Shown here piece by piece: positions 13,301-25,653 of a stretch of DNA of 64,000 nt (positions within the stretch are counted from its first letter, which is position 1; the number at the start of each line of letters is the position of its first letter). Origin of the DNA: Lytechinus pictus. Its lineage: Eukaryota. The position numbers and the translations under genes are program-made. The stretch is taken from positions 37,264,001-37,328,000 of the forward strand of contig NC_087251.1 of assembly GCF_037042905.1 (NCBI RefSeq), in the 5' to 3' direction. The notes beneath the pieces were generated by a model, which did no database searches, had not been told where the DNA came from, and saw only the letters and a list, made by a program, of their open reading frames with translations.

Positions 13301-13629
13301 GCGTAATTGTTATCAACATAACAATCTTTATCTTATTCTGTCACTTTCTTAGTAATACAGTGTTGCAAGTTTTAAAAGTCTGGATTGTTTCTTTGTTTTT
13401 AAACTAACAGGAGATCTACACGCACATCGCTCCGGAGTGCACCCTCGACGATCAGGGCACCACCATCATGAGCGATGTCTTCCAGCTTGGACGTGTCCTG
13501 AAGTTGATGGGGGTCGCAGCTGCCTACGACGACGAGCTCAATTTCATCGGCACCGTCTGTACGCAGAAATCTCCCCTCAACCGAATGACCATCAAAGAAA
13601 TCATTGAATACTTTGAGTGTTTGATGTAG
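7317..13629 (+). CDS. Atypical protein kinase (~566 aa): N-terminal coiled coil, Pro/Ser/Thr-rich linker, C-terminal kinase domain; 10 exons
   Basis: Exons 7317-7436, 8655-8786, 9784-10014, 10251-10312, 10609-10767, 10979-11104, 11718-11958, 12218-12414, 12703-12916, 13411-13629 join with GT-AG introns and consistent phases (1701 nt, no internal stop). Motifs: LGSGVSATV (Gly loop), IAVK, EEAGLL (alphaC), YLMNDLKEDN (catalytic loop), VDFG, HIAPE, SDVFQLG, terminal R (NRMT). The first exon is the least certain. Confidence 0.88.
7501..7679. mobile_element. Foldback MITE
   Basis: TIRs ctggggagtgtttcatgaaagttgtcagcactgac / gtcagtgctaacaactttcatgaaacgctccccag. Confidence 0.8.
7823..7900. repeat. 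(ACT)n microsatellite
   Basis: Imperfect trinucleotide run. Confidence 0.95.
8241..8410. mobile_element. Foldback MITE
   Basis: Inverted arms ataaagctgttcgtaagttaagagcgact / agtcgttcttaacttacgaacagctttat. Confidence 0.75.
9023..9245. mobile_element. AT-rich MITE with CACT-like terminus
   Basis: tacactctaaaaatgc ... gcatttttacagagta. Confidence 0.55.
11175..11350 (+). mobile_element. 5'-truncated tRNA-derived SINE
   Basis: Shares acccaggt..gaatgggtac and gctacagctggggtaataata with the SINE at 21060-21345; (TAT)n tail. Confidence 0.7.
11390..11534. mobile_element. MITE with CAGGGG TIRs and 5-bp TSD (hAT5-like)
   Basis: caggggccgcggaac ... gttccgcggcccctg, flanked by TGGTA at 11385-11389 and 11535-11539. 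Confidence 0.8.
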
Positions 13630-14889
13630 ACAGGCAATGTATTGGAAAGGATGTTTAGAAAACAAACATTTTCCTATTTCGACTTCTGAAGTTCAGTTCA
13701 AATGTGGTTTTACTTCTCATATATATCAAAACCAACATTAAATTTCAATACAGCAAAAGATGTAGAAATTACAGAATCCGGATGGATGCATAGCTCATTG
13801 GTATAATTTACATACTTAAACAAATTATTCAAAATGATTATAGGGATATATGCAAAGTTACCAAAGTAGCTAGGGAGGGGTAAAAAAATGCCAAAGGAAA
13901 TCAATTTCTGTAATGCTTTAATCATAAATAATATATCCTTTTTGTAGTACCATAAAGTAAAAACTTGGCAGCAGAAAAAAATGGAAAATTAATAATCACA
14001 ACTGAACAGTCCATGCAAATATGAGACAATTCTTCTATTCTTTGAAACATGAAAATAAAAATAATTCTGCATCTTTTGAAATTGTGGTAAAAACATCTTT
14101 TCTAAATACATTGTCTGGGTAAGTATTTGTAAATATTTTTACATTTATTTGTTTCACCTTAATTACTGCGAAAAATGCAGTCAAACCGGAAATCAAAGGC
14201 ATGGCATAATGGTGTGTCGTCAGAAATAAAATAACAAAACCAACCAAAACGGAAAACTGGAGGTTTGGAGAATAATGATTATATTTCATTTCAATGACAG
14301 CCTGCCATTAAATAAAATGTGCTGACAATCCAAAATTATGAAGAAATACAAGAATTTGGTACCATAAACAAAACTGAAAGTTGCAACATGAAACTGCAGT
14401 AGACAATAAACATTTATATATATTTTTTTTATCTATCTCTCATTAACAACATAGAAAATGGTGGGGAAATAAAAGAGGAAACACGCTTCATGACTGTTTA
14501 ATGCACTTTCAAAATTGATCTAGAAAAATAAAAACTGGATTGCTTGAAAAATGGAGATGGAAAAATCGTTCAATCGAAGGTAGACCATCACAGTGCAGAG
14601 CGGGGCGGGGCTCTACACAAAATTTGTGTTCATATCATGAAAAATTTGAAAACATTTAATATCTGTATTCTGAACTTGCTTTATTTTAAAGGGGGAATTA
14701 ATCAGATCAATTGACACTCGAGCCATTTATCACTGGGAATAACTAAAATAGTTTTCTATGATTTTTTATATACATTTTTCAGCTTTCCATATAAAATAAG
14801 CACGGAGTAAAAACATCTGGTTGTAAGAATACAAGCCTAACACTTTCATTATCAATTGATCTTATTATGTGAACTCAAAAGGGAATAAG

Positions 14890-15665
14890 AAGTGGCATAT
14901 AGATGAAGGGGGGGGGGGCATATGATCATATTAACCACTGGCATCTAGATGAAGGGGGGGGGGGCATGATCATATTAACCACTGGCATATAGATGAGGGG
15001 GGGGGGCATATTATTAACATATACTAGTAGATGAAGGGGGGGCATACCGTATCAACCACTGGCATAGAGATGAAGGGGGGGCATATGATCAGATTAACCA
15101 CTGGCGTATAGATAGAGGGGGGGGCTTGATCATATTAACCACTGGCATATAGACGAAGGGGGCATGATCATATTAACCACTGGCGTATAGATAGGGGGGG
15201 GCTTGATCATATTAATCACTGGCATATAGACGAAGGGGGCATGATCATATTAACCACTAGCGTATAGATAGAGGGGGGCATGATCATATTAACCACTGGC
15301 ATATAGACGAAGGGGGCATGATCATATTAACCACTGGCGTATAGATAGGGGGGGGCTTGATCATATCAACCACTAGCGTATAGATAGAGGGGGGCATGAT
15401 CAGATTAACCACTGGCATATAGACGAAGGGGGCATGATCATATTAACCACTGGCGTATAGATAGGGGGGGGGGGCTTGATCATATCAACCACTAGCGTAT
15501 AGATAGAGGGGGGCATGATCAGATTAACCACTGGCATATAGACGAAGGGGGCATGATCATATTAACCACTGGCGTATAGATAGGGGGGGGGGGGCTTGAT
15601 CATATCAACCACTAGCGTATAGATAGAGGGGGGCATGATCATATTAACCACTGGCGTGTAGATGG
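14890..15665. repeat. ~38-44 bp G-tract minisatellite
   Basis: About 19 units of ggc(a/g)tatagay(g/a)a-Gn-c(a/t)tgatcatattaaccact. Confidence 0.95.
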
Positions 15666-18600
15666 AGAAGGAGGTATGTTGACAGAAAGCAGTGATATGA
15701 TATCATGATCTGAAAATAATGTAAAGATCTTTCATTGGAAAAAGTCACAATTTTCGCTCTCTGGTTTGGCTTTCTCACAACTTAAAAAAAAAATTGCCCC
15801 ATTCAGTATGCAGTGCCCCTCAAAGTTTTTGGCTCATTAAGCTACTGATATTAATTCATGCAATTAAAAAATCTCATTTTATTACACATGTTAAAGAAAT
15901 TAATTGGCCCTTCAAAATCCACGAAACTTCCATAGTGCTGCAAATTAATCTTTAAAAAATGGAAAGGTGAATGAACTATTTCAAAATTAGAAACATTTAC
16001 TTCTGGTGAAATGAGAAGTATATAATTGGGGTTTTCTACTTGCAATAACTAAAAGTCAATTTTGGGTCCCCAAATCAATCAATCTTTTAATTGCAAACTT
16101 TTACTCAATTGCTGGTTTGCTTAATATGGAAACAAAAAGTTTATATTGCTACACGTTGAACTGATTGATCATTTGCAAACTTACAACAAAACTTTTTTTC
16201 TCAAATGATTGCAAATATTTATCTTGGCAGCACCCCGTATATTTCACATTAGGGTACTTAAACTTTAATGTCTTTTCCTGAGAGAAACTAAATCAGAAAA
16301 AATATAAATCTCTTAAAAATACATCATGATCTTATTAGCATTAACAAAAAGGATTATATGGTGCTACATAAAAATGAAATGGTGACCTGAACACAAGGTT
16401 CTATCCAGAGACAGTTTGGCTTAAAAAGAAATCATTCAATTCTTTTTTTAGGATAACACAAAACACAATATCAAGATGATCTACTTATTTCAAATACACT
16501 TGAAAATAAAAACTATCATCCCTAACAAAAGGGGCTTTAGATAATAGAAATGAAAATCAATTTTCTTTGCAATTTCTTACCTGCTCAGAAGTAAATATGT
16601 TCCAAAAAAAGAATGCTTGAAAGATTTAATTATCAATTGAATCTTCAAAGGTTATGTATAATGGTATTCATCACGCCCAATTATAGGCCTTTACTTCTGC
16701 ATCAATGTGAGAGGATTATATGGTGATAACAAAAAAATGAAATAGTGAGATTTCTTTAAAAAAAAAACTCTCCATGAAATAATATATTTTAAAAAATAGT
16801 GATAAGGATAAATAGTTATACATAAAGTCTCTAAGCGCTATTTTGAAAGAAATGTGGTGGACAATCGTTCATTTTATTGTAACTTTATCAAAAAAGAATG
16901 CCATGAGATTGACATGACAAAAAAAAAATGGTTTAGTTAAGATGTCTTTGATGAGAATGGACAATTGGTAGCTTTTTTTATTTTTTTATTTGTATGTAGT
17001 TGCTTTTTCATAATTGCCAATAATCTTTTTGGTACTTTCTTTTGCATTTAGTCACATCTGCCATTCAAGAGAAAAAAGAGTAAGGGTGCATCCTCCTAGC
17101 AATGCCAGAAATGCCCCCCCCCAAAAAAAAAAAACCACCACCAATGGCGACCTGATCACATGTCCCTGTGTTAGTCTCCATAGGTAGTACCCCCTGGAAT
17201 ACTGGTGGTAGGTATGGTATGATAAATAGCATAAATATATGTATAATCAAAATGACATATTCATAGTGACCCCCCCCCCCCCTTTTTTTTTTGCTTGCCA
17301 CATTTGTCATAACAAAAATGACATTCATTTTGTAGTAGAAACCTTCCTTCTTTTTTTTTTTTTTTGGGGGGGGGCTTGTCAAATTGTTAATGCACCAAAA
17401 TCACCTTCATTTTGTAGTGAAACCCTTGCAAGATTTTATTATTTATTTTTTTGGGGGGGTTGCTTTTCAATTGTTTGGTGACCAAAAAGACCTCATTTTG
17501 TAGTGAAAACTTTTTTTTTTTTTTTTTTTTTTGGGGGGGGGGGTCAAATTTAAACCAGCATCCCCTGATAAAAAAAATTGTTCCCAGGACCCTGCCTGAT
17601 AAAAAGGACTTGTCCAGATGCTTACAAGAAAATAATTCAATTCTGTTCATATGTATATAGGCTAATAACAAAAAGCTTTATATCAAGATGATCTACTTAT
17701 CTCAAAATCACTTGAAAATGAAAATTACCACTCAAAAAGGGCTTCAGATAATAGAAATGAAAATTGATTTTTTTTTTCTTTTATCAACTTGCAAACGTCA
17801 CACAAACACCTATCACCAACCAGAAGAGGATAAGTTCTACAATAGGTGCTTGAAATAATTGAAATATAAGTATAATGGTATTCATTATGCCCAATCATAG
17901 GTCTATACTCCTGTAAAAGAATTGTTCATTATGACATGCATTTCGAGAGCAATGCTCCATATTTTATTAGGGCTTGAAAATGATTGGCATAAAGAATGAT
18001 GGTGGGGGGGGGGGTAAAACAGAGTCCAATTAATAGAACATTTACAAAAACAAAATACAACAATGTAACAATCGATTTCCTAAGATGGTGAAAGACTTGA
18101 TTATTTTAGGAAATCAAGAGTTACAAGACTTGGAACTTTTTTTCACTCCTAAAACATAAATCATGGGGAGGGGGGTGTCAATGACTCAAATTTGACAAGA
18201 AATAATATTTCATGTCCATAAGACTTTTTGCCCTTTTTTTTATCAGAGGGTTAAGTTTTAAAGTCCCTACCTCAAACCAACGGCTAGTATGGTCACGGTC
18301 CATGTATAATATCAAATTAGTATCTAGAAAAAAAAATGATTGATCCAATCCTCATAGTACATTGTCAGTTTTGTTTCATTTTTTATCTTAAAAATAATGA
18401 TTTATATTGGATCAATTCCTCTTGATAATGATCATTACTATTTTGAACAAGTTCTCTCCTCTCTCTCTCTCACTCCCTCCCTCTCCATTTACGCCCTCTC
18501 CCCCTCTCTGTATCTCTGCCCCCCCCCCCCCACCTCTAGATCTCTCTCTCCCTTTCAGGAAAATCGTATTATTCACAAGTGATTATAAGCCAAGTAACTT

Positions 18601-20863
18601 AAAAGGTGTTGAAATGTTGTTATTTCATAAATAAATATATATATACATACATGTATATATATATGTATATATGAGTATGAAACATAATGAGATGATAATG
18701 AGTTATATAATGATATATAAACACAACAGTGCTTTTATTTTGAGGACGAATCTATCCAAGTGCCTATTCACTTTTATAAGTCAAATGCAGTATTATTAAC
18801 TCGAGGCTCACAGAAATATCATTCAGTTTGGTTGATAAGATTAACAAAACAATAGAGTCAAAGCTAAGAGGCTTTGAGGGGAGATGTCATCATGATCAAG
18901 CGTGCATACACATAGAAACCACTTAAATGATAGCAAAAGTAATTTGAAAAGGAATTAGAGCATGATACAGTTATCCCTTAACCAGATCTGTATATTTGTA
19001 ACCAATTCCATTTCTCTAATTACAGAGGGTCCTGAATCAGTGGAGAAATGGAAAATCCAGGGATGGCGTCCCAATCCCTGAAGAACAATTTAAATAAAAT
19101 GGAAAAAAGGACAATACATAGGATAGTGTGTAAAAAAAATTGGGGGCTACCCCTTGGCAACAAGGGGGTGATTATGCACTGAAATGATGATTTATCCTGT
19201 TTTACTTTATGCTTTAAAAATTCCTTGTCTATACAGATTATGTATTTTCAACTTGTGTAATTTGAATGTTGGATCCATCACTGATTTTCTATTACAATTC
19301 ATACATACATTACAAAGTTCCTACTAAGTACCAGTACTGTCACCTTTAAAATGAAAAAGATTTTGAAAAAATTACATGAGTCAGCACACATTAAATGCAA
19401 AATTATTATCACTTTTCTGAATTTATTTTGCCAAATATTTTTTCTGGTAATTGTTGCATTTGTTCACCATTCATTGCTTGACCCAGACTCCACTACTGGT
19501 GTTTCACACAGGTTTACGGACATGATATTAGGGAAACTTCAATATTTAACCCTCCTAAATTTGGAACTGCTAATGAAATCCATCCTGAAGAAAAATAAAT
19601 AAAAAATAAAGTCAACCCTAAAGATTTTGCTACTAGTAGTTGTTGCCAATCACTGTTTGAACACAAGAGGTCATTTTAATTCAATGGTTGAATAGCAACA
19701 AATTGATATTGATTAAAATAAATGTTCTAAAATTCACTCGTATTCTGGTATAAAGAAATGCCCCCAGATAAATCAAATATATTTTTACACAGAAGTTATT
19801 CAATAAATGAAACCCTGAAAAAAAAAAACATAAAAAAACCAAGAAATGCTTGTTTGATTTGTGGGTATTTCCTCTTTTTTGTTTGTGGTATGAATAAATA
19901 TTATTTTTTTTAACAGGTCTAGGATATTTATGCAAACTTCAACTGAACTTGAAGAACAATAAATAACATCAATTTTTTCCTGAGTATATCATTTTCTTAT
20001 AAAATCTCTATTCCCATCATCAGAAAATTTTCTGATAGACATGACAAATAAATATCAGTCTATGAAAAACCTTCCTAATTCCAACATATTTTCAAGAAAA
20101 CATTAGATTAGATGAATCTGTATTAGAGTGTACCATAGATGATCGAACATAAGCTTTTTAAGGCTTGCATTGTGGGTAACAGCACAGAAATATCCAGCCT
20201 TCACATCTCATTATCTATTATCATCACCACCTCACCTGCATCAAACCGTTCTCCCTCATCTGGTTTGCAATCCTTTTAAAGGACCTAACCAAGCACAACA
20301 AATAATACTTCTTCCTGTCTGTCTGCTTCTCCATCTATACCAATACAGACTTCTTCAATTTGTTGTTCAAACGGGTACGTCTCATGTGCCCTGGTCGTCG
20401 GTCTTCTTCACTCTGGTAAGACCTATCCAAAGTGGACCACCTTAAGACTTGCCATCTCCTCTACTTCTTCACTTTCTCCTTCCCTTTCTTCTACATCCTC
20501 ATCGGCTCCCCTGCTCTCCATGATTATTCAAGGAGTATCGCTTCTCTACCCTGCAAAAGAATACTTCAGAAGCCAGATCCCGGCCTTTGCCAATATTGTG
20601 TCTCCTCTTTCATGTCAGCGAAGTGCTTCTATCCTTGAGGGCCGAGGTCGCCAGTCTTCTTTTTTACGCTCGAACCAATCCTAAGTGGAACACACTGATT
20701 ATTCTTGGAATACCTCTTTGCCATTCCGTAAACAGATGCTGTAGATCCCCACCTTCACCGAGACAGTCTAGTCATGTCTCCCTTTCATTATTCACACAGG
20801 GATGTCCCCACTTCCAGTTAGAAAGCTGCTAGGATCCAGATCATCAGTATTCTATTTTCCTGG

Positions 20864-20991
20864 TCAAACCATTCCAAAGTGGACCACTTTCAGAGTTGTT
20901 GTTTCCTCTCCTTCTTCTCTTTCTTCTTCTTCCCCTTCTTCTACATTATCACCAACTCCTCTGGGATGGCTAGCAGATGGTCCTGCCACAT
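20864..20991 (-). CDS. WDPCP: WDPCP terminal coding exon
   Basis: Phase-1 acceptor; VAGPSASHPRGVGDNVEEGEEEEREEGEETTTLKVVHFGMV-stop matches the conserved WDPCP terminus (vertebrate LKMIHFGLV, from recall). Confidence 0.9.
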
Positions 20992-21059
20992 CTGTACAAG
21001 AGAAACAAAATACATTTATCCATCTAATAAAACTGTAATGAACATCTTGATAAATATTC

Positions 21060-21345
21060 ATAATAATAATATATGGTCTATTTATATAGTGCAGTTACTA
21101 TATGCATCTACTCTACTGCGCTTGATATTTGGTATCATATTATTACCCCGGCTGTAGCTTAGCCGCCATATAGGTGCTAAAGCATTCAAGGAATAAATCC
21201 TACCGGGTACCCATTCATCTCACCTGGGTCAAGTGCAGTACAATGTGGGTAAATTTAGTGCTGAAGGAAAACATGCCATAGCTGGGATTCAAACCCACAT
21301 CCCTTTGAAAGACCAGAGTCGTAACCACTAGCCCACGACGCCCCC
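21060..21345 (-). mobile_element. Full-length tRNA-derived SINE (SURF-1-like)
   Basis: Minus strand begins gggggcgtcgtgggctagtggtt (A box) ... ggtttgaatccc (B box), core gacccaggtgagatgaatgggtac, (ATT)n tail. Confidence 0.8.
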
Positions 21346-21398
21346 ATCAAAAGTTACGGGAAATTGGGGGAAAGAGGAATAAGACCACAAAATATTTT

Positions 21399-22223
21399 AA
21401 CAAGGCAAAAGCAATTTTATGTCTCGCCCACTTATGAAAATAACCAGAAATATCGTGATTTGCGAGGGCACGTAACAGAATTGTATCGAACTTCATTATG
21501 AAATGACTGGGATGGAATAACACTTGTCATAAGAGTCTTGCACGCAAACTTTAATGTTGACCTCAAAATGAACTTTGACCATACCATGTGATCTCCCAAC
21601 ACAATAGCATGCAGGTCCCCTAAGTACATCTACCATCCAAGTTTGGTTGAAAAGTGATTTATGGTTGCAGAGGTATGTGTCGTAAGAGAGTCTTGCACGG
21701 AAACTTTAACATTGACCTGAAAATGACCTTTGACCTTACCATGTGACCTCCTAATGCAGCATGACATGCAGGTCTCATAAGTTCATCGACAATCCAAGTT
21801 TTGGTGAAAAGTGACTTGTGGTTGATGAGTTAGATGTCATATGAGAGTCTTGCATGTAAACTTTAACATTGACCTGAAAATGACCTTTGACCTTACCATG
21901 TGATCTCTGACTGCAGCATAACATGCAGGTCGCCAAATTACATCTACCATCCAAGTTTGGTTGAAAAGTGACTTGCGGTTGCAAAGTTAGGTGTCATAAG
22001 AGAGTCTTGCATGTAAACTTAAACGTTGACCTGAAAATGACCTTAGACCTTACCATGTGACCTACGACTGCAGCACAACATGCAGGTCCCCCAAATCCAT
22101 CTACCATGCAAGTTTGGTTGAAAAGTGGCTTACGGTTGTGGAGTTACGTGTCATAAGGTTTGTGACGGACGGACGACATTTGGATCCCTAAGTCTCGCCT
22201 ACACCTCTGGTGGGCGAGACAAT
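21399..22223 (+). mobile_element. HINE-like element family B, four ~158-bp internal units
   Basis: 5' gtctcgcccac matches 3' gtgggcgagac; (GACG)n; 3' hairpin; second copy at 56183-56712. Confidence 0.78.
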
Positions 22224-23171
22224 AAAACAATTTGAAAAAGTAATGATCCCTTTGTATGGCCATTGTCAGACATGTTATTCAAATACTGATTTGTAATTCA
22301 GTCTTACTCCAGTAATGTGTTTTTAATAGAATTTTCATTTATACATTCACCAAAAAAGGACTTCAAATGAACTATTATATAAAACTAGATGGATTCTCAA
22401 TGGCACGCAGTAAGAATTTTTGCACAGGTAACTTAAATTTCAAATAATGACCTCTGCAAACTTTGACCTTGTGACCCTCAAATCTAATCAGATCATCATC
22501 ACTCCCAAATGCAAACATGAGCCAAGATTTGAGTTGAATGCTCAAATCATTCGATAGTTATCTCAAGAACAATATATTTTTGGGTATATAATGACCTCTT
22601 AGTCTTTAGACCTTTGATATTGCTTCCCCAAAACTAATCAGAACAAGGTCACTCCGATATGTATGCTTGGAGCAAGTTTGAAGTTGATCACGGGAATGAA
22701 AACGGGACAGACAAACAACCTACAGTGGATGGAGGCATCAAAATAGTAATACCTGGCCACTAAATAGAATCATATAAAAATTTCACATGCACAGACAACA
22801 ATCAATCAAAATTATGCAAATCTGTATGTCTACTGATATAAACAAGTAAGATGTTTAAGACAGTCTGATCACTATAATCCTGATGGTTATAACCTTCCCA
22901 CGGTGCTGATTTTGTTGTTTGTGTTGTTGTTGAGTTGGTGGCATTTCAATTGAACTCTGTGGCCCGTATTCTGAAGTCAGGCTTAACTTAGACCACGGTC
23001 TCAATCTGTGCTAAAATTATAGGGAGCCAAAAATTCTGTTTACATTGTATATTTCTTATGTTTCCTTCTGCTTTCATAAGAAAAATACTGCAGTTATCAT
23101 TCCCAGACATCAATGAACAATTTGGGTGTCATATGAGTTAATAAATTAAAATTGTACTGTTAGGGATGTTT

Positions 23172-23660
23172 TGTTGACCCTAAATGACCTTTGACCTTGG
23201 TCGTGTGACCTGAAACTCACACATGATGTTAAGAGATACTTAAATGCTCTTATGTCTAAGTTTCATGAACTAGATTCATAAAATTTCAAAGTTATATGAT
23301 AATTCGACTAATACCCCCAAGATGGTCAAAGTTCATTGACCCTAAGTGACTTTTGACCTTGGTCATGTGACCTGAAACTCAGGCAGGATCTTCAGTGATA
23401 CATTATTACCCTTATGTTTAAGTTTCATGAACTAGGTCCATATACATTTCAATAACTTAACCTTGGTTAAGATTTCGATATTGATTCCCCCAACATGGTC
23501 TAGGTTCACTGACCCTAAATGACCTTTGACCTTGGTCATGTGACCTGAAACTCAGGTAGGATGTACTTAACCTTTTTCAATGTTGACGACGCCGCCGCCG
23601 CCACCACCGTCGTCGAAAAAGTGGCGCCTATAGTCTCGCTCTGCTATGCAGGTGAGACAA
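23172..23660 (+). mobile_element. 5'-truncated HINE-like family A
   Basis: Tandem units plus the 3' end gtctcgctctgctatgcaggtgagac. Confidence 0.72.
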
Positions 23661-23881
23661 ATACTAATAACTAGACAAAGTGGAAGTAAGACCAACTGTG
23701 CATTAGACCAAATGAGAATTAGACAACCGGTAAGTGGGTATAAGAAAGAGTGTATTGTAGACCAAATTCCAACTAGACCAAAATGGAGTATTGGACCAAC
23801 TGCTAGTACACCAACTGAATATAAACCATTTAGGCTGGCATCAGTAAGACTCGTATTCATTGGCAGGAAGATATACATGTA

Positions 23882-24354
23882 CAGTGTATTCCAGAAAAAA
23901 GGAAACTGGGATTCCCGAACACTTTTTTCAACAAAAATGATTCATGGTATTTCATTTACAGCAACGTAAAATTTCAGTTTTTTTATATTTTTTTTTAAAT
24001 CTAATATGAAACGAACATTTGATGCATGAATAAGCTAGAAGAATTTGACATTTCAATTACAAAACCAGATTGTGCAGGAAAAAATGGTAAGATTTGGCAG
24101 TACCAACTTCACTAGCATTGCTTTTGCAGCCTGTTCAGTTTATTTAATTCATTTCCTAATAAGAGAGGATTGAGATTCATATGTGAGTTTCTGTGAATAT
24201 CCTTGTTTGTAATCTGCCATGCGTGTATGAATTCCCTAAGTTATTTTGTTTCAAATGAAAATATATGTAGACTGTAATAATAATAAAAATGTTAATTTCT
24301 TTGCTTGTGATATCTATATCTGAAATAGGTTTCCTTTTTTTGCGGGACGCACTG
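23882..24354. mobile_element. Tc1/mariner-like MITE
   Basis: TA|cagtgtattccagaaaaaaggaaac ... gtttccttttttgcgggacgcactg|TA. Confidence 0.65.
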
Positions 24355-24517
24355 TACTATGGATTATGAAAAATGTGCCATACTCTCTCTCGTAAATCCC
24401 AGCCCTTACAAGCTTAACAATATAATTCTGTAATAAATTTGCTCTAATAAAAACGAAGATGGATAATAAATAAGTTTGAATTTCTATTCCAACTGAAGTA
24501 CTTTATTTCCTTATCTG

Positions 24518-25653
24518 TAAACAAGTGGCAGTCTCGCCTGCATTTCCAATTCAATATAGCTGCAGGGCTGACTTGTAAACAACTCCATAAAAGAGGAATA
24601 AATTTTCAAAGAGAGAAAAAAAAACACACATTCATTTGATAATGAAAATCCTAATTTCGGTGATCTTGACTAAGAAACCCGGGGGGGCCACTTTCATTGA
24701 CGAGTGGATGCCATGCCCGACCATGGGGTCTTGAAAAGCACCCTAAACACGTATTTTCCATATTCTGAAAATGCACCCCTTAACAAGTATTGGCGTGTGA
24801 AACCCTACCCTTAACAAGTATTGGAAACAAATACTATTGGCAAGTATTCCCAGAACTGAGCCCCTAAACAAGTACAGCGATGTATTTTCCATATTCTGAA
24901 AATGCACCCCTTAACAAGTATTGGAAACAAAACGATACTCTTAGCAAGTATTCCCTGAAATGAACCCCTAAACAAGTACAGAGAAATTTTATTGTTATGT
25001 CACGCGACCGTCAGTCGTTGGTTTTACCTTTAGACACCATTATTTTGGTTTAGTACGGCCCCACCTTCCACACCTCGCGCAAATCAGACTCTAAACACGT
25101 AGTGTTGGGGCAAAAAGGACATCCTTTATAAAACATTTTGATTTTGTTTTATCATCCCCGCATATTTGGCCCTAAACACGTATATTTTTCCGAGCGAAAT
25201 AGATACCCTTTTTTCAATTTTTTTGTGTTTTTGACACCCTTATCACGTAACATGCACTATCTTGAAAAAGACATCCTTTTTACGTGTATTTTTTGGTCGC
25301 GCATGGTATCCACTCGTCAATGTAAGTGGCCCCCCCCCCCCCCCCCCCCCGGGCTAAGAAACTGCATTTCATTTCATACTATATGTGATGTCCAATACAC
25401 AATACACAAGTTTCATTTTATGTGATGGAATATTCTTTAAATGACCTTTGACACTGATCATGTGATCTGAATCTAATGCGAGATGATCAGTGATGCTTGA
25501 TTACCTTTAATGTCCAAGTTTCATGAACTAGGTCCATATAATTCCTCAGTTATGAAGATATTTCAGAATTTGACTTTGGCAAAGATTTTAATGTTGACGC
25601 CATCGTTAGAAAAGTGGCGCATTTAGTCTCGGTATTCTATGCAGGCGAGACAA
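24518..25653 (+). mobile_element. HINE-like family A interrupted by a MITE
   Basis: 5' gtctcgcctgcat and 3' atgcaggcgagac. Confidence 0.68.
24678..25353. mobile_element. MITE with CCCGGGGG TIRs and 8-bp TSD
   Basis: Perfect TSD CTAAGAAA at 24670-24677 and 25354-25361; ~40-bp TIRs; internal ~130-bp duplication. Confidence 0.88.

Noticed and set aside
14890..15665. CRISPR-like array
   Set aside because: Units are contiguous with no unique spacers and no cas genes; eukaryotic minisatellite.
21270..21345. tRNA gene
   Set aside because: A and B boxes continue into a SINE body and tail; no complete cloverleaf.
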